Source of the DNA: an uncultured Planctomycetales bacterium
GTDB lineage: Bacteria; Omnitrophota; Gorgyraeia; Zapsychrales; JANLHA01
Direction: 5' to 3'
NCBI GenBank assembly: GCA_964489065.1
Contig: CAZAXH010000008.1
Coordinates: 64,130-128,129, forward strand
DNA: 64,000 nucleotides
Positions 47,603 through 57,112 of the stretch are shown here, in pieces (the stretch's first letter is position 1; each line of letters opens with the position of its first letter). A program made the position numbers and the translations under genes. The notes beneath the pieces are model-generated. The model saw only the letters and a list, made by a program, of their open reading frames with translations, was not told where the DNA came from and did no database searches.

Positions 47603-49071
47603 CCCCCTGTCATAATATTTTGTTAGTGCGGGTTGGGTATGCAGAGAGGAAAAAAATCGACCATCCTCTGCATCACCCGCCGCCTTTGGCCCTGAAATAC
47701 ACCCAGGCCCTGCTGGAACAAGACAGACGTTTCAAGACCCGGATTCTGGATGGCCTGATTGAGCCTATGCCGGATCAAGTGGTCGTGGCTATGATCGGGC
47801 AATGGCCGGCACACACGCTGTGCGTTGAAATCGCCTCACCGTCCAGTGAAAAGGGGCTGGCGCTATGCAAAAGCGTCCGGGAAAAGTATCCCGCCCTTTT
47901 CATTGTCGCCGTCGGCTCTGACGTCAGCGAGCGTCATCTGTTTTATGCAAACACAAACGGCCTTTTCGATGTGATCCTGAGGGGGGAGTTTGAACTGGAA
48001 TTCAGCCGCTTGATGGCCCGTGTTCAGGACAAGGGGAAAGCCGACGTTATTCAGGCGTATGGAAGCTCCGCTTTAGATCAGGAGGTGTGCCTGGTGCCCG
48101 ACCCAGGCGCCCTGCCTATCCTGGATTGGACCAGGCGTGATCTCAAGAAATATCCTTACCGCTACCCTTTGCGGCTTCCTAAAAAAATACGGCCGGGTTA
48201 TATCGCCAGTTCGCGAGGATGCCGACATGGCTGTTCCTTTTGCTCGCCGTCTGTCAGGAAAAGTTACGGGAAGAAACTCCGGCTGCGGCCGGCCAGCCAC
48301 ATCCTTCAGGAAATTGAAAGCCTGCAAAGGTTAGGGGTCAATATCATTGCATTTGAAGATGACGATTTTACGGGAGACCCCGAACACGTGCGCTCGCTCT
48401 GCGCTGAAATACGGCGCAAAAAATTAAACATCCACTGGACCTGTCACGCCCGGATTGACGAGGTGACCCCTGAATTGTTGCGCGATATGAAACAGGCCGG
48501 ATGCGTTCTCATACTATTCGGCGTTGAATCCGGTTCCGCGAAAATTATCCGTTTGCTGCACAAAAGTTCCCGGGAGCGTGACTGGAACTCCCTGGCCAGG
48601 GAAACCTTCCGGCAGGCGAGGGCCATTGGCATCGCGACCTGCGCTTTGTTTATGGTGGGGAACCCGAAGGAAACCCGGGCGGATGTGGACGAGAGCATCA
48701 AACTTGCTTTTGAATTACAGCCGGATTTTATCAAAGTACATAACTTCACCCTTTATCCCGGGTCGCAGGATTACAAACGCTATGGCGCAACTCCTGACCT
48801 GTCTGCCGCGCCGCACCATTACCTTCGGCCCATTGTGAATGTAAGCCGGTTAACAGACCAGGAATTAAAAATCCTTCAGAAGGAATTTTACAGGAACTTT
48901 TTTTTCAGGCCAGGGTACCTCTGGCCTCATATTAAGAATTATTCTCTTTTTTATCTGTTCAACTGGACTTGGAGTTTCAGGATGATCGGTGAGCTCCTTT
49001 GTTTTTTGCTCTCCCGGGAACAGCAGGGGGCAGCCGGCGCTCCGTCAACAACACCCAGCTTGTTAAAATAA
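47599..49071 (+). CDS. B12-binding radical SAM protein (classic subfamily, paralog of 42134)
   Basis: SSRGCRHGCSFCSPS and IAFEDDDF. ATGA overlap. Confidence 0.65.
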   Translation: MTPCHNILLVRVGYAERKKIDHPLHHPPPLALKYTQALLEQDRRFKTRILDGLIEPMPDQVVVAMIGQWPAHTLCVEIASPSSEKGLALCKSVREKYPALFIVAVGSDVSERHLFYANTNGLFDVILRGEFELEFSRLMARVQDKGKADVIQAYGSSALDQEVCLVPDPGALPILDWTRRDLKKYPYRYPLRLPKKIRPGYIASSRGCRHGCSFCSPSVRKSYGKKLRLRPASHILQEIESLQRLGVNIIAFEDDDFTGDPEHVRSLCAEIRRKKLNIHWTCHARIDEVTPELLRDMKQAGCVLILFGVESGSAKIIRLLHKSSRERDWNSLARETFRQARAIGIATCALFMVGNPKETRADVDESIKLAFELQPDFIKVHNFTLYPGSQDYKRYGATPDLSAAPHHYLRPIVNVSRLTDQELKILQKEFYRNFFFRPGYLWPHIKNYSLFYLFNWTWSFRMIGELLCFLLSREQQGAAGAPSTTPSLLK

Positions 49072-49081
49072 GGATTTGAAT

Positions 49082-50962
49082 ATGCCGCCTTTTTATGGAA
49101 CCATTTCCTGGGATAAGCCGCTCACGTCAGACATCAGGCATCGCCTGAAGGCGCTCGCGCCGCACGTTCAAAATAATTCCCGGAAGGGGGCTGATGAAAA
49201 CCAGCATGTCCTGCTTGCTTCTCAAGCCCCTCACGGGGAGAGGGGGAATTACTGCGAAATTCCGGGGTGTTGTGTGCTATTTAACGGCATCCTTTATAAC
49301 GCGCAGGAACTGCTGCCGCTTTTACCGGAACACGACCGGGCTTGCGCCCAGAGATGCCAGGCCCGTTTAGTCGCCTCGCTTTTTCAAAAATTCCATCATG
49401 CCTGTTTCACCCGGTTTAATGGGGATTTTTCCCTCGCCCTTCATGACGTTTCCCAGCGAACATTTTATTTGCTCAACGGGAAACTCCAGCCCAGGAAAAT
49501 ATATTATGCCTGGCAACAGGGATATTTGTTCTTTGCCGAAAACATGGAAACCATCGTAAAGATGTCCGGCTCACTTCCGCCGTTTAACAGCCGGTTCTTG
49601 CCGAAATATTTTGCCTACGGCTTTGTCCCCAGCCCCCACACCTTGCTGGAAGGGATCCATCGCCTGCCTTCCGGGAAATTCCTGCAATTCAAACCAACCA
49701 ACCTGGCTTTAGAGACTTATTGGGACATCCAATTCAGCGAGGAGAAGATGGAGGCGGCCCCAACAGGGAAGACCAGTTATAGCCAAGAAGCCTTCCGTGT
49801 ACTGTGTGAAAGCACGCAACGACGTTTCAATGCCGGCGCCCGGATTGGCTTATTTTTAAGCGGCGGGCTTGATTCCGGTTCTTTGGCAGCCGTGCTAAAG
49901 CATATCAGCCCACAGACCCCTCTGCAGACCTTTACCGCCGTATTCAACGAACAATCCTTCAATGAAGCCTCCCGCGCCCGGACTGTCGCGTCTTTTTTTC
50001 AAACGCAGCACCATGAAATTTTGTTCACCCAGGAGAAGGCCCTGACGTTTGTGACGAACTGGATAGAACGGCTGGATGATCCGTTCTCGGATGATGACGT
50101 TATTTGCGGAGGCATCCTTTCCCCCGTGGCCGAAAAATCCGCGGAGGATATCTTTCTGGGGGACGGTCCGGACGAACTGTTCATGGGCTACCCGTCCTTC
50201 CTGGCTCATCGTATCACGGAGATCTACGAACGCGTCCCGGCCTTGGTCAGGAAATATTTTGAACGGGCCGTCAGAGTCCTGCCGGTGTCCTATCGATACT
50301 GCGCCTTTGACGCGCGGTTCAGCCAGTTTTTAAGCGGTGTCGGCTATCCTCCCGCTCTCCGTGACGCGGCCTGGTGGGGCCCGTTTCCCCCGGCTTCTCA
50401 AAAGCCGTTATACCTGGATGCGGGGTTCTCTTTGGACGCCACGGATGTTTTTCAAGACGTCTTGACCGCACAGGACCGGGCTCGGGCCCAAACATTTGTG
50501 AATCAGGTTTTAACGGCTTATATTAAAATTTTAAGTGAACGCTGGCTCATGAAACTCAACGCCGTAAGCCTTGACACGCCCCTGCGGTTTAAAATGCCGT
50601 ACCTGGACGACGACTTTATGGCCTTTGTCAACAGGATCCCCTGGCAATACAAATTAAAGCCGAAATACATTTTAAGACAAGCAATAAGCCCTTATCTTCC
50701 TCAACGTATCGTCCAGGGGACCAAACGGCCGTTCTTTGTCCCCCTGGCACTCTGGATTAAAAATGGTTTTAAAGGACTGATCAGCGGCATTTTAACCCCG
50801 GAGAACCTTCAGCAGACAGGGTTGAATCATCCTACGGTTTTAAAGATGTGTGACGAACATTTTTCCGGGCACAGGAACTACGCCAGGCAAATATGGAATA
50901 TATTTATATTGACCGCCTGGCACCGGAGGATCCGAAGGATAGGGCAGGGCTTAAATCTTTAG
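49082..50962 (+). CDS. Asparagine synthase (AsnB)-like PP-loop amidotransferase lacking the N-terminal Cys nucleophile
   Basis: LFLSGGLDSGSLAAVL (SGGxDS PP-loop) and C-terminal AsnB-like fold. The N-terminus is MPPFYG rather than MCG. RBS TAAGGAT lies 8 nt upstream of ATG 49082. Confidence 0.65.
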   Translation: MPPFYGTISWDKPLTSDIRHRLKALAPHVQNNSRKGADENQHVLLASQAPHGERGNYCEIPGCCVLFNGILYNAQELLPLLPEHDRACAQRCQARLVASLFQKFHHACFTRFNGDFSLALHDVSQRTFYLLNGKLQPRKIYYAWQQGYLFFAENMETIVKMSGSLPPFNSRFLPKYFAYGFVPSPHTLLEGIHRLPSGKFLQFKPTNLALETYWDIQFSEEKMEAAPTGKTSYSQEAFRVLCESTQRRFNAGARIGLFLSGGLDSGSLAAVLKHISPQTPLQTFTAVFNEQSFNEASRARTVASFFQTQHHEILFTQEKALTFVTNWIERLDDPFSDDDVICGGILSPVAEKSAEDIFLGDGPDELFMGYPSFLAHRITEIYERVPALVRKYFERAVRVLPVSYRYCAFDARFSQFLSGVGYPPALRDAAWWGPFPPASQKPLYLDAGFSLDATDVFQDVLTAQDRARAQTFVNQVLTAYIKILSERWLMKLNAVSLDTPLRFKMPYLDDDFMAFVNRIPWQYKLKPKYILRQAISPYLPQRIVQGTKRPFFVPLALWIKNGFKGLISGILTPENLQQTGLNHPTVLKMCDEHFSGHRNYARQIWNIFILTAWHRRIRRIGQGLNL

Positions 50963-51804
50963 TCGTATTGATAAATAATCTGCATTAAATCATACAAATT
51001 AAGCGCGATGCCTTTCTGATACCACGAGTCGGGGATATGTAATGCACTTCCTTTGGCCACAAAATCAATAAAATACTGGCCAATATAACCGATAGACCTA
51101 AAACGCGTGAAATGTGCGAAGCCCAGTTCCTTTAATCCATGCTCCCCCGCAACCTTCCTGAGCGTGCCGCGGGAAAAAAATGAAAAATGATATTTGTTAA
51201 TGTAATGCCAATTTCCCCCGCACAGACGCGCGAAGAAACTGTCCGCATTAGGCGTGCAGACATAGACCACAGCCCCTCGATCCAGCACCAAGCCGAGATC
51301 GTGGAAGAAAATCCGGGGGGCCCTGACATGTTCCAGCACGTCCGAAATAATGACCGCGTCATATCTGGCCTGCGGAGCGGAAGCCCCGGGCAACCCTTTA
51401 ATGTCTGTTAAGAAGAAAAATGGCTCCCGGGAAAGATACCGGTTATATAAAGCCGCGGAAGGTTCAATCCCGTAAGCGTCAACCGAGTTCCGGCGAAGAT
51501 AGCGCACGAGTTTCCCCGTGCCCGTGCCGATATCCAAGACGCGCAATCCCTTTAAAGGTTTAAACCGTTCGATCCATGCCAGCATCCTTGCGAAATTCAC
51601 TGCGTCTTCAGGGGAATCTTCTAAATAATGGATATACGCAGGCTCATATTCTTCCAGGGTATTATGATCCAGATTAGGGTTCTGCGTCTGCCCGGAAAAC
51701 AGGAAACCGCACGACAGACAGCGGAAATAGGGGACGGCATTTTTCTTAAAAACTTCTTTTATATGTTCTGTGGAGCATAAGGGACATTGGCTTATCATAT
51801 CCAT
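50959..51804 (-). CDS. Class I SAM-dependent methyltransferase with N-terminal Cys4 zinc-ribbon
   Basis: CPLCSTEH...YFRCLSCGF, then LDIGTGTGKLVRYL (motif I) and VIISDVLEHV. GAGAGG upstream. The ORF extends to 51837, but there the start would be TTG. Confidence 0.65.
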   Translation of the reverse strand: MDMISQCPLCSTEHIKEVFKKNAVPYFRCLSCGFLFSGQTQNPNLDHNTLEEYEPAYIHYLEDSPEDAVNFARMLAWIERFKPLKGLRVLDIGTGTGKLVRYLRRNSVDAYGIEPSAALYNRYLSREPFFFLTDIKGLPGASAPQARYDAVIISDVLEHVRAPRIFFHDLGLVLDRGAVVYVCTPNADSFFARLCGGNWHYINKYHFSFFSRGTLRKVAGEHGLKELGFAHFTRFRSIGYIGQYFIDFVAKGSALHIPDSWYQKGIALNLYDLMQIIYQYD

Positions 51805-52045
51805 CCGCCTCTCGAGAATAATGGTCTTGCGTATCAAGTATACTATACAATAATTAAGTTTAAATGAAAGGAGAATAATCCTTATCTCCTTTTTCAGAAA
51901 CCGGCAAGAAATTCAAGGAATCAAAGTCATAAACCCCAGAGCAAGCTCTGGACTCAATTAACCGCAGCAAGCTGCGGGGTATGAAACCAAGATCTTTCGA
52001 CTCCTTCGCTCTAGCTCACTCGCCTCAAGGATCAATTCGTATTTC

Positions 52046-52076
52046 TAGTTTACACTCCCTGGGGTCGTGTAAACTA
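52046..52076. promoter_or_regulatory. Perfect 10-bp inverted repeat TAGTTTACAC-N11-GTGTAAACTA in a divergent intergenic region
   Basis: Read directly. Lies between the minus-strand methyltransferase start and the plus-strand ABC ATPase start. Confidence 0.4.
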
Positions 52077-52123
52077 AATACTCATTGAATAAATTTTTGG
52101 GAAAGAGAGGAAATGATGTTAGA

Positions 52124-52969
52124 ATGGATTCCATCATGCCTGACGTGTGTTTCCAAGACCCATATTTTATGAACACAAAAGCCATCAGCGTTTCAAAGTT
52201 ATCAAAATGTTTCAACGGCGTCCGCGCGGTTGACGGGATTTCTTTTGAAGTCGAGGAAGCCGAACTGTTTGGCTTCCTGGGGCCTAACGGCGCAGGGAAA
52301 ACAACGACGATTAACATTCTTTGCGGCCTGCTGAACCCCACGGGTGGGGAGGCCCGGGTGAACGGGTTTGATGTCATGAGTTCCCCCACGGAAGTCAGGA
52401 AATCCATAGGGATTATTTTTCAGGACCCCAGCCTGGATGAACGGCTCACAGCGCACGAAAATTTGAATTTTCACGGGATGATTTACCATCTTCCCCAAAA
52501 AATCAGAAAGGCGCGCATTGATGAAGTCCTTAATATGGTGGGGTTATACAGCAAAAAACACAATGTCGTGCGCACGTTTTCCGGGGGCATGAAGCGGAGG
52601 TTGGAAATAGCCCGGGGTCTAATGCATAGACCTAAAGTCCTGTTCCTGGATGAGCCGACCATAGGGCTGGACCCGCAGACAAGACAATATATCTGGGATT
52701 ATATCTTAACCCTTTCCGAGATAGAAAAAATCACCGTATTTCTCACGACACACTATATGGACGAAGCGGAAATATGCCGGCGGGTCGCAATTATGGATCA
52801 TGGTAAAATCGTGGATATGGACACACCGGACACTTTAAAAAATAAATACCGTGTTTCTTCCCTGAATGAAGTATTTCTGCATGTAACGGGCCGGGAGATA
52901 AGGGAAGGGGAGTCCCATGGAAAAGAACACCTGGGGAGTTTCCTTCGCGCCAGGCATAAGGTGAGATAA
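52124..52969 (+). CDS. ABC transporter ATP-binding protein (ABC-2 exporter type)
   Basis: GFLGPNGAGKTTTI (Walker A), FSGGMKRRLEIARGL (signature), LFLDEPTIGLD (Walker B). Start at MDSIMP with GAGAGGA RBS. Confidence 0.85.
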   Translation: MDSIMPDVCFQDPYFMNTKAISVSKLSKCFNGVRAVDGISFEVEEAELFGFLGPNGAGKTTTINILCGLLNPTGGEARVNGFDVMSSPTEVRKSIGIIFQDPSLDERLTAHENLNFHGMIYHLPQKIRKARIDEVLNMVGLYSKKHNVVRTFSGGMKRRLEIARGLMHRPKVLFLDEPTIGLDPQTRQYIWDYILTLSEIEKITVFLTTHYMDEAEICRRVAIMDHGKIVDMDTPDTLKNKYRVSSLNEVFLHVTGREIREGESHGKEHLGSFLRARHKVR

Positions 52970-52972
52970 AGT

Positions 52973-53716
52973 ATGGATTTCGACGCTATATATATGATTT
53001 GGATACGGGATATTACCCGCCATTTCCGGGATCAAGTGCGGCTTTTAGGCTCTATTTCCCGCCCTGTGATGTGGCTGCTGATTATGGGCACGGGACTAAG
53101 GGCCACGTTCTATATACCGGGGGTGTCTTACTCCCATTTCATTTTTCCTGGAATTATCGCGATGAACCTTATTTTCGCAGCCATGATATCCACCATCAGT
53201 ATTATATGGGACAGGGAATTCGGTTTTCTCCGTGAAATCCTGGTGGCGCCCATACCGCGCAGTTCGATTGTTATCGGGAAAGCCTTAAGCGGCTCAACCG
53301 TCGCTTTTATTGAAGGACTGTTTGTCCTGGCCTTCGCGCCTTTTATAAAAATAAACCTTTCCGTGGCTCAGCTTCTCTTGCTTTTCCCCCTCATGTTCCT
53401 GATTGCGTTTGTATGCACCAGCCTGGGAATCGTTATCGCGGCAAGGATGACGTCTTTCGAAGGGTTCGGTGTCATATCCAATTTCATCATTATGCCGATG
53501 TTCTTCCTGAGCGGGGCCGTCTTTCCCATAGATAACCTGCCTCATTGGGTGAATTACGTGGTCCGGATGAATCCTTTAACCTATGGGGTTGACCTTCTGC
53601 GGTGGGCCAGTCTGGGGATAAAAACATTTCCACTATACATCAATTTTCTGTTTCTTCTAAGCTTTGCCACGGTCATGCTCATGATCGGGATTTTCGAATT
53701 TACTAAACGTGATTAA
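52973..53716 (+). CDS. ABC-2 family transporter permease
   Basis: Six TM helices and the ABC-2 layout of about 250 aa, immediately downstream of its ATPase. Confidence 0.75.
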   Translation: MDFDAIYMIWIRDITRHFRDQVRLLGSISRPVMWLLIMGTGLRATFYIPGVSYSHFIFPGIIAMNLIFAAMISTISIIWDREFGFLREILVAPIPRSSIVIGKALSGSTVAFIEGLFVLAFAPFIKINLSVAQLLLLFPLMFLIAFVCTSLGIVIAARMTSFEGFGVISNFIIMPMFFLSGAVFPIDNLPHWVNYVVRMNPLTYGVDLLRWASLGIKTFPLYINFLFLLSFATVMLMIGIFEFTKRD

Positions 53717-53962
53717 ACAAAAAATATACAAGCTTGGATCCAGATACACCGGGTGTTAAAATCAAACATTATCTACCGCTATGGCCCTGCGCTGAAGGCG
53801 ATGACTTTTACGTGATGCGGGGGTTGAGACCGTTTCTGGAGAACCACCACCGATTTGAATAAACCATGGATGGCGGCCAGCAATAAAAGAAATAAAAAAC
53901 AAGCTCTTCCTTTTTGAAAGAAGGGGGGCTTAACCTGTCCTTCATTTGTTAGTCAATGTCTT

Positions 53963-56900
53963 ATGCTTGAAAAATTTATTCAATACTTCGTTAAACGCCA
54001 CCTTTTAACAAACCTGATTTTCATGACCGTTATTATAGGCGGAGTCCTGAGCTGGCGGTCTATTAAGAAAGAGGAGATGCCCGATGTCACTTTTGACAGG
54101 GTACGTATTTCCGCGACCTACCCCGGCGCAACAGCCGAGGAAGTCGAACATTTTGTTACCAAACCCATCGAAGACGAAATCCAAGGTCTTGATGGCATTT
54201 ACCGCGTCACCAGCAGCGCCAGTGAGGGGCAAACTGATATAACCGTCGAGATCGAAAAAAATTATCCCGACAAGGAGGAGGTGATCACTGAAATCCGCAA
54301 CGCGGTCCTTGATGTCGACCTGCCGGATGACGTGCGGGATGCCCCGACCGTGCGCGTTTTTAAGACCGCTAAAATGGCTATTATGGATGTGGCTTTATAT
54401 CATACCGGCCAACATCTTTTAAACGCCGATGACCGCCGGATCCTCCAGGAATACGCCCACGCCCTGGAAAACCAGCTCTTAAATCTTCCGCAGATCAACA
54501 GTTTTAATAAATCCGGGTACATGCAGGAAGAAATTCAGATTAAAGTGAACCCGGCTAAGCTGGTCGAGTATGAAATTCCTCTCAGCCAAGTCATGCGGGA
54601 GGTGCGGGACAATCATGTCCGGCAACCGGCCGGAAACATTGAAGTTAAAAATGAGCCCAAGGTCACTTTAAATTCCCAGCTTGATACGATCGAGAAACTC
54701 GGCCATTTGATTATCCAAGCCGGCTTTGAAGGCAGGGCGGTCCCTTTAAGAGATATCGCCCAAATTCAATCCGGGTTCAATCTTGAGAAGGAAATCACCA
54801 AAGTTAACGGCCACGAAGCCGTCATCCTTAATGTCGTAAAAAACACCTCGTATGGAATTCTGAACTCCATCACCGCCGTCCAGAAGGAAATAGAACGGTT
54901 TAGAATGAACTGCCTCCAGAACGCCCCGGTTGCGATCAGCATCATGGACGACGAGTCCACGGATTTACGCAACCGGCTGTCCATCATTACCGTTAACGGC
55001 ACGATCGGATTCTTTTTGATCCTTTTTTCCCTCTTTTTATTCCTAGATAAAAAATCCGGATTCTGGGTGGCCATGGGGATCCCTTTCACGATCTGCTTTA
55101 CATTGCTAGCCGCTGTCCTCTTGGGTTACTCAATCAATAATATCACCCTAGCCGCGGTCATTATCGTCATGGGGATGGTGGTTGATGACGCGATCGTCGT
55201 TACCGAGAATATCGCCCGTCTCCGCTCCCAGGGGATGGGTTCACAGGAGGCGGCCGTTAAGGGGACGGCCCGTGTTTTTTTCCCGGTCATGGCCAGCATC
55301 GTGACAACCTGCATCACCTTTATTCCGCTCTTTTTCTTCACCGGCCGGTTCGGACAGATCAACAGGTTTATCCCGCCCATTATTTTTCTTATGCTCGGCT
55401 CAAGCCTGCTGGAAGCCCTCATTATTTTACCCGGGCACATGCATTTTGAAATTCCTCATCTCCAAAATTACTTCCGTAAAAAAAAGCATACGATTGCCGA
55501 AACCCGGGCGCACTGGTTTGAAAAGGTTGAAAACGCTTATGGCGGTTTTCTTATCAAAATTTTGCCGTATAAAATTCTGATTATAGCGATGTTCGTTCTG
55601 CTGCTGGTTGTTTCCTGGTTTATTCTGACCCGGTACATGAAATTTGTCATGTTTCCCGATGAAGAGACGAGGGCGGTGACGGTTATCGGTGAGGCCCCTG
55701 ATACCTATGACCGATATGACACCGCCGCCCTCACGCGCAGGATCGAAGATGTCGTCAGGCCGTTTATCGGCAGGGAAGTGATCGGCGTGAGAACCGATAT
55801 CGCCCGCAACCGCAGAGGCGGAGGGGTGGAAGAGAACCGTTTCCGGACTATCATTGAAATTGTCCCCAAGGAAAAACGGAAAGAATCGGCGGACCAGATG
55901 ATCACCCGATGGAGAGAGGATTTCGACAAAATAGAAGACCTGAAGAAACTAACGATTCAGAAAAACCGTTGGGGGCAATCGAGCGGCAGCGCGATTGAAA
56001 TCCTCATCCAGGAAAACGACGACCATCTGCGGGACCAGGCCGCCCATAAGCTCGTGGAATTCATGAAAAAGAACCCGGACCTGATCAATGTCGACATCGA
56101 GCGTCCAATGCAAATCCCGGAATACAAGATTGGCCTGAAAATGGAAAAAATCAAACGCCTGTCCATCAGCCCGGTGGATATCGCCGACGCTTTCCGCGCC
56201 GCTCTGGAAGGCACGGTCCTTTATGAATTGCCTAAAGGTGACGAAGAGGTCGATGTGCGTCTGACCATTATCGATGAAGCCAAACGGGATATGAACGATA
56301 TCCTCCAAGTGCCGGTTGAGAATCAAAATAATTACCTGGTACCTCTGGGAGACCTGGTTGATGTTCAAAAAACCACGACTCCCATTTCGATTTCCCGGCG
56401 AGACCGGAAACGCACCACCACCGTTTATGCGGATATCAAACCTAAAACAGGCTTGACCCCGATTGAGATCGCCCGCAACCTGGAGATCAACGCCTTCCCC
56501 CATATTACAGCCGATCATCCTTCGACAACCCTGTCCTTTACCGGCGAAATCCAGGACACGCGGGAATCACAGGGGGATCTGCGCCAAGGGATCATCCTCG
56601 TTCTGTTCCTGATTTTTTCGGTTTTGGCGATTCTCTTCAATTCATTGACCAGGCCGCTGATTATCATGCTGGCAATTCCCTTCGGTCTGGTGGGGATTAT
56701 TTTAGCGTTCTGGCTGCACGGAAAAATCCTTTTTGGCTTCTTCGCCGCTATCGGGGCCCTGGGGCTGGCAGGGGTTGTCATCAATGATTCCATTATCATG
56801 CTCTCAAAGCTGGATGAGGAATTCCTGGAGGTCAAATTCAAAAATGCCGTTGACATAAACGCCTATATAAGCCGGGTGGCCCAGACGCGTTTGCGCGCCG

Positions 56901-57112
56901 TGATTCTGACAACACTCACCACTGTCGCCGGGCTTTTTCCCACCGCTTACGGCGTGGCCGGCTATGACGCCATGCTGGCGGACATGATGCTTGCGATGGC
57001 CTGGGGGTTGTGTTTCGGGACGTTCATCACCCTTATCCTGATTCCCTGTATTTATAGTGTTATGCAGGAAAGCAAGCTAAAATTTCAATCAGCCTTGGGA
57101 TTAATAAAATGA
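53963..57112 (+). CDS. RND superfamily efflux transporter (AcrB/HAE1-like, 1049 aa)
   Basis: Twelve TM helices with two large periplasmic loops, and conserved TM4/TM10 regions (AAVIIVMGMVVDDAIVVTENI). Confidence 0.85.
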   Translation: MLEKFIQYFVKRHLLTNLIFMTVIIGGVLSWRSIKKEEMPDVTFDRVRISATYPGATAEEVEHFVTKPIEDEIQGLDGIYRVTSSASEGQTDITVEIEKNYPDKEEVITEIRNAVLDVDLPDDVRDAPTVRVFKTAKMAIMDVALYHTGQHLLNADDRRILQEYAHALENQLLNLPQINSFNKSGYMQEEIQIKVNPAKLVEYEIPLSQVMREVRDNHVRQPAGNIEVKNEPKVTLNSQLDTIEKLGHLIIQAGFEGRAVPLRDIAQIQSGFNLEKEITKVNGHEAVILNVVKNTSYGILNSITAVQKEIERFRMNCLQNAPVAISIMDDESTDLRNRLSIITVNGTIGFFLILFSLFLFLDKKSGFWVAMGIPFTICFTLLAAVLLGYSINNITLAAVIIVMGMVVDDAIVVTENIARLRSQGMGSQEAAVKGTARVFFPVMASIVTTCITFIPLFFFTGRFGQINRFIPPIIFLMLGSSLLEALIILPGHMHFEIPHLQNYFRKKKHTIAETRAHWFEKVENAYGGFLIKILPYKILIIAMFVLLLVVSWFILTRYMKFVMFPDEETRAVTVIGEAPDTYDRYDTAALTRRIEDVVRPFIGREVIGVRTDIARNRRGGGVEENRFRTIIEIVPKEKRKESADQMITRWREDFDKIEDLKKLTIQKNRWGQSSGSAIEILIQENDDHLRDQAAHKLVEFMKKNPDLINVDIERPMQIPEYKIGLKMEKIKRLSISPVDIADAFRAALEGTVLYELPKGDEEVDVRLTIIDEAKRDMNDILQVPVENQNNYLVPLGDLVDVQKTTTPISISRRDRKRTTTVYADIKPKTGLTPIEIARNLEINAFPHITADHPSTTLSFTGEIQDTRESQGDLRQGIILVLFLIFSVLAILFNSLTRPLIIMLAIPFGLVGIILAFWLHGKILFGFFAAIGALGLAGVVINDSIIMLSKLDEEFLEVKFKNAVDINAYISRVAQTRLRAVILTTLTTVAGLFPTAYGVAGYDAMLADMMLAMAWGLCFGTFITLILIPCIYSVMQESKLKFQSALGLIK

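Noticed and set aside
53730-53741. AAGCTTGGATCC (adjacent HindIII and BamHI sites) in the intergenic region before the RND gene, which looks like a polylinker
   Set aside because: There is no flanking vector-like sequence. It is a single 12-mer in ordinary AT-rich intergenic DNA, so it is most likely coincidence. It could be re-checked by a vector screen.
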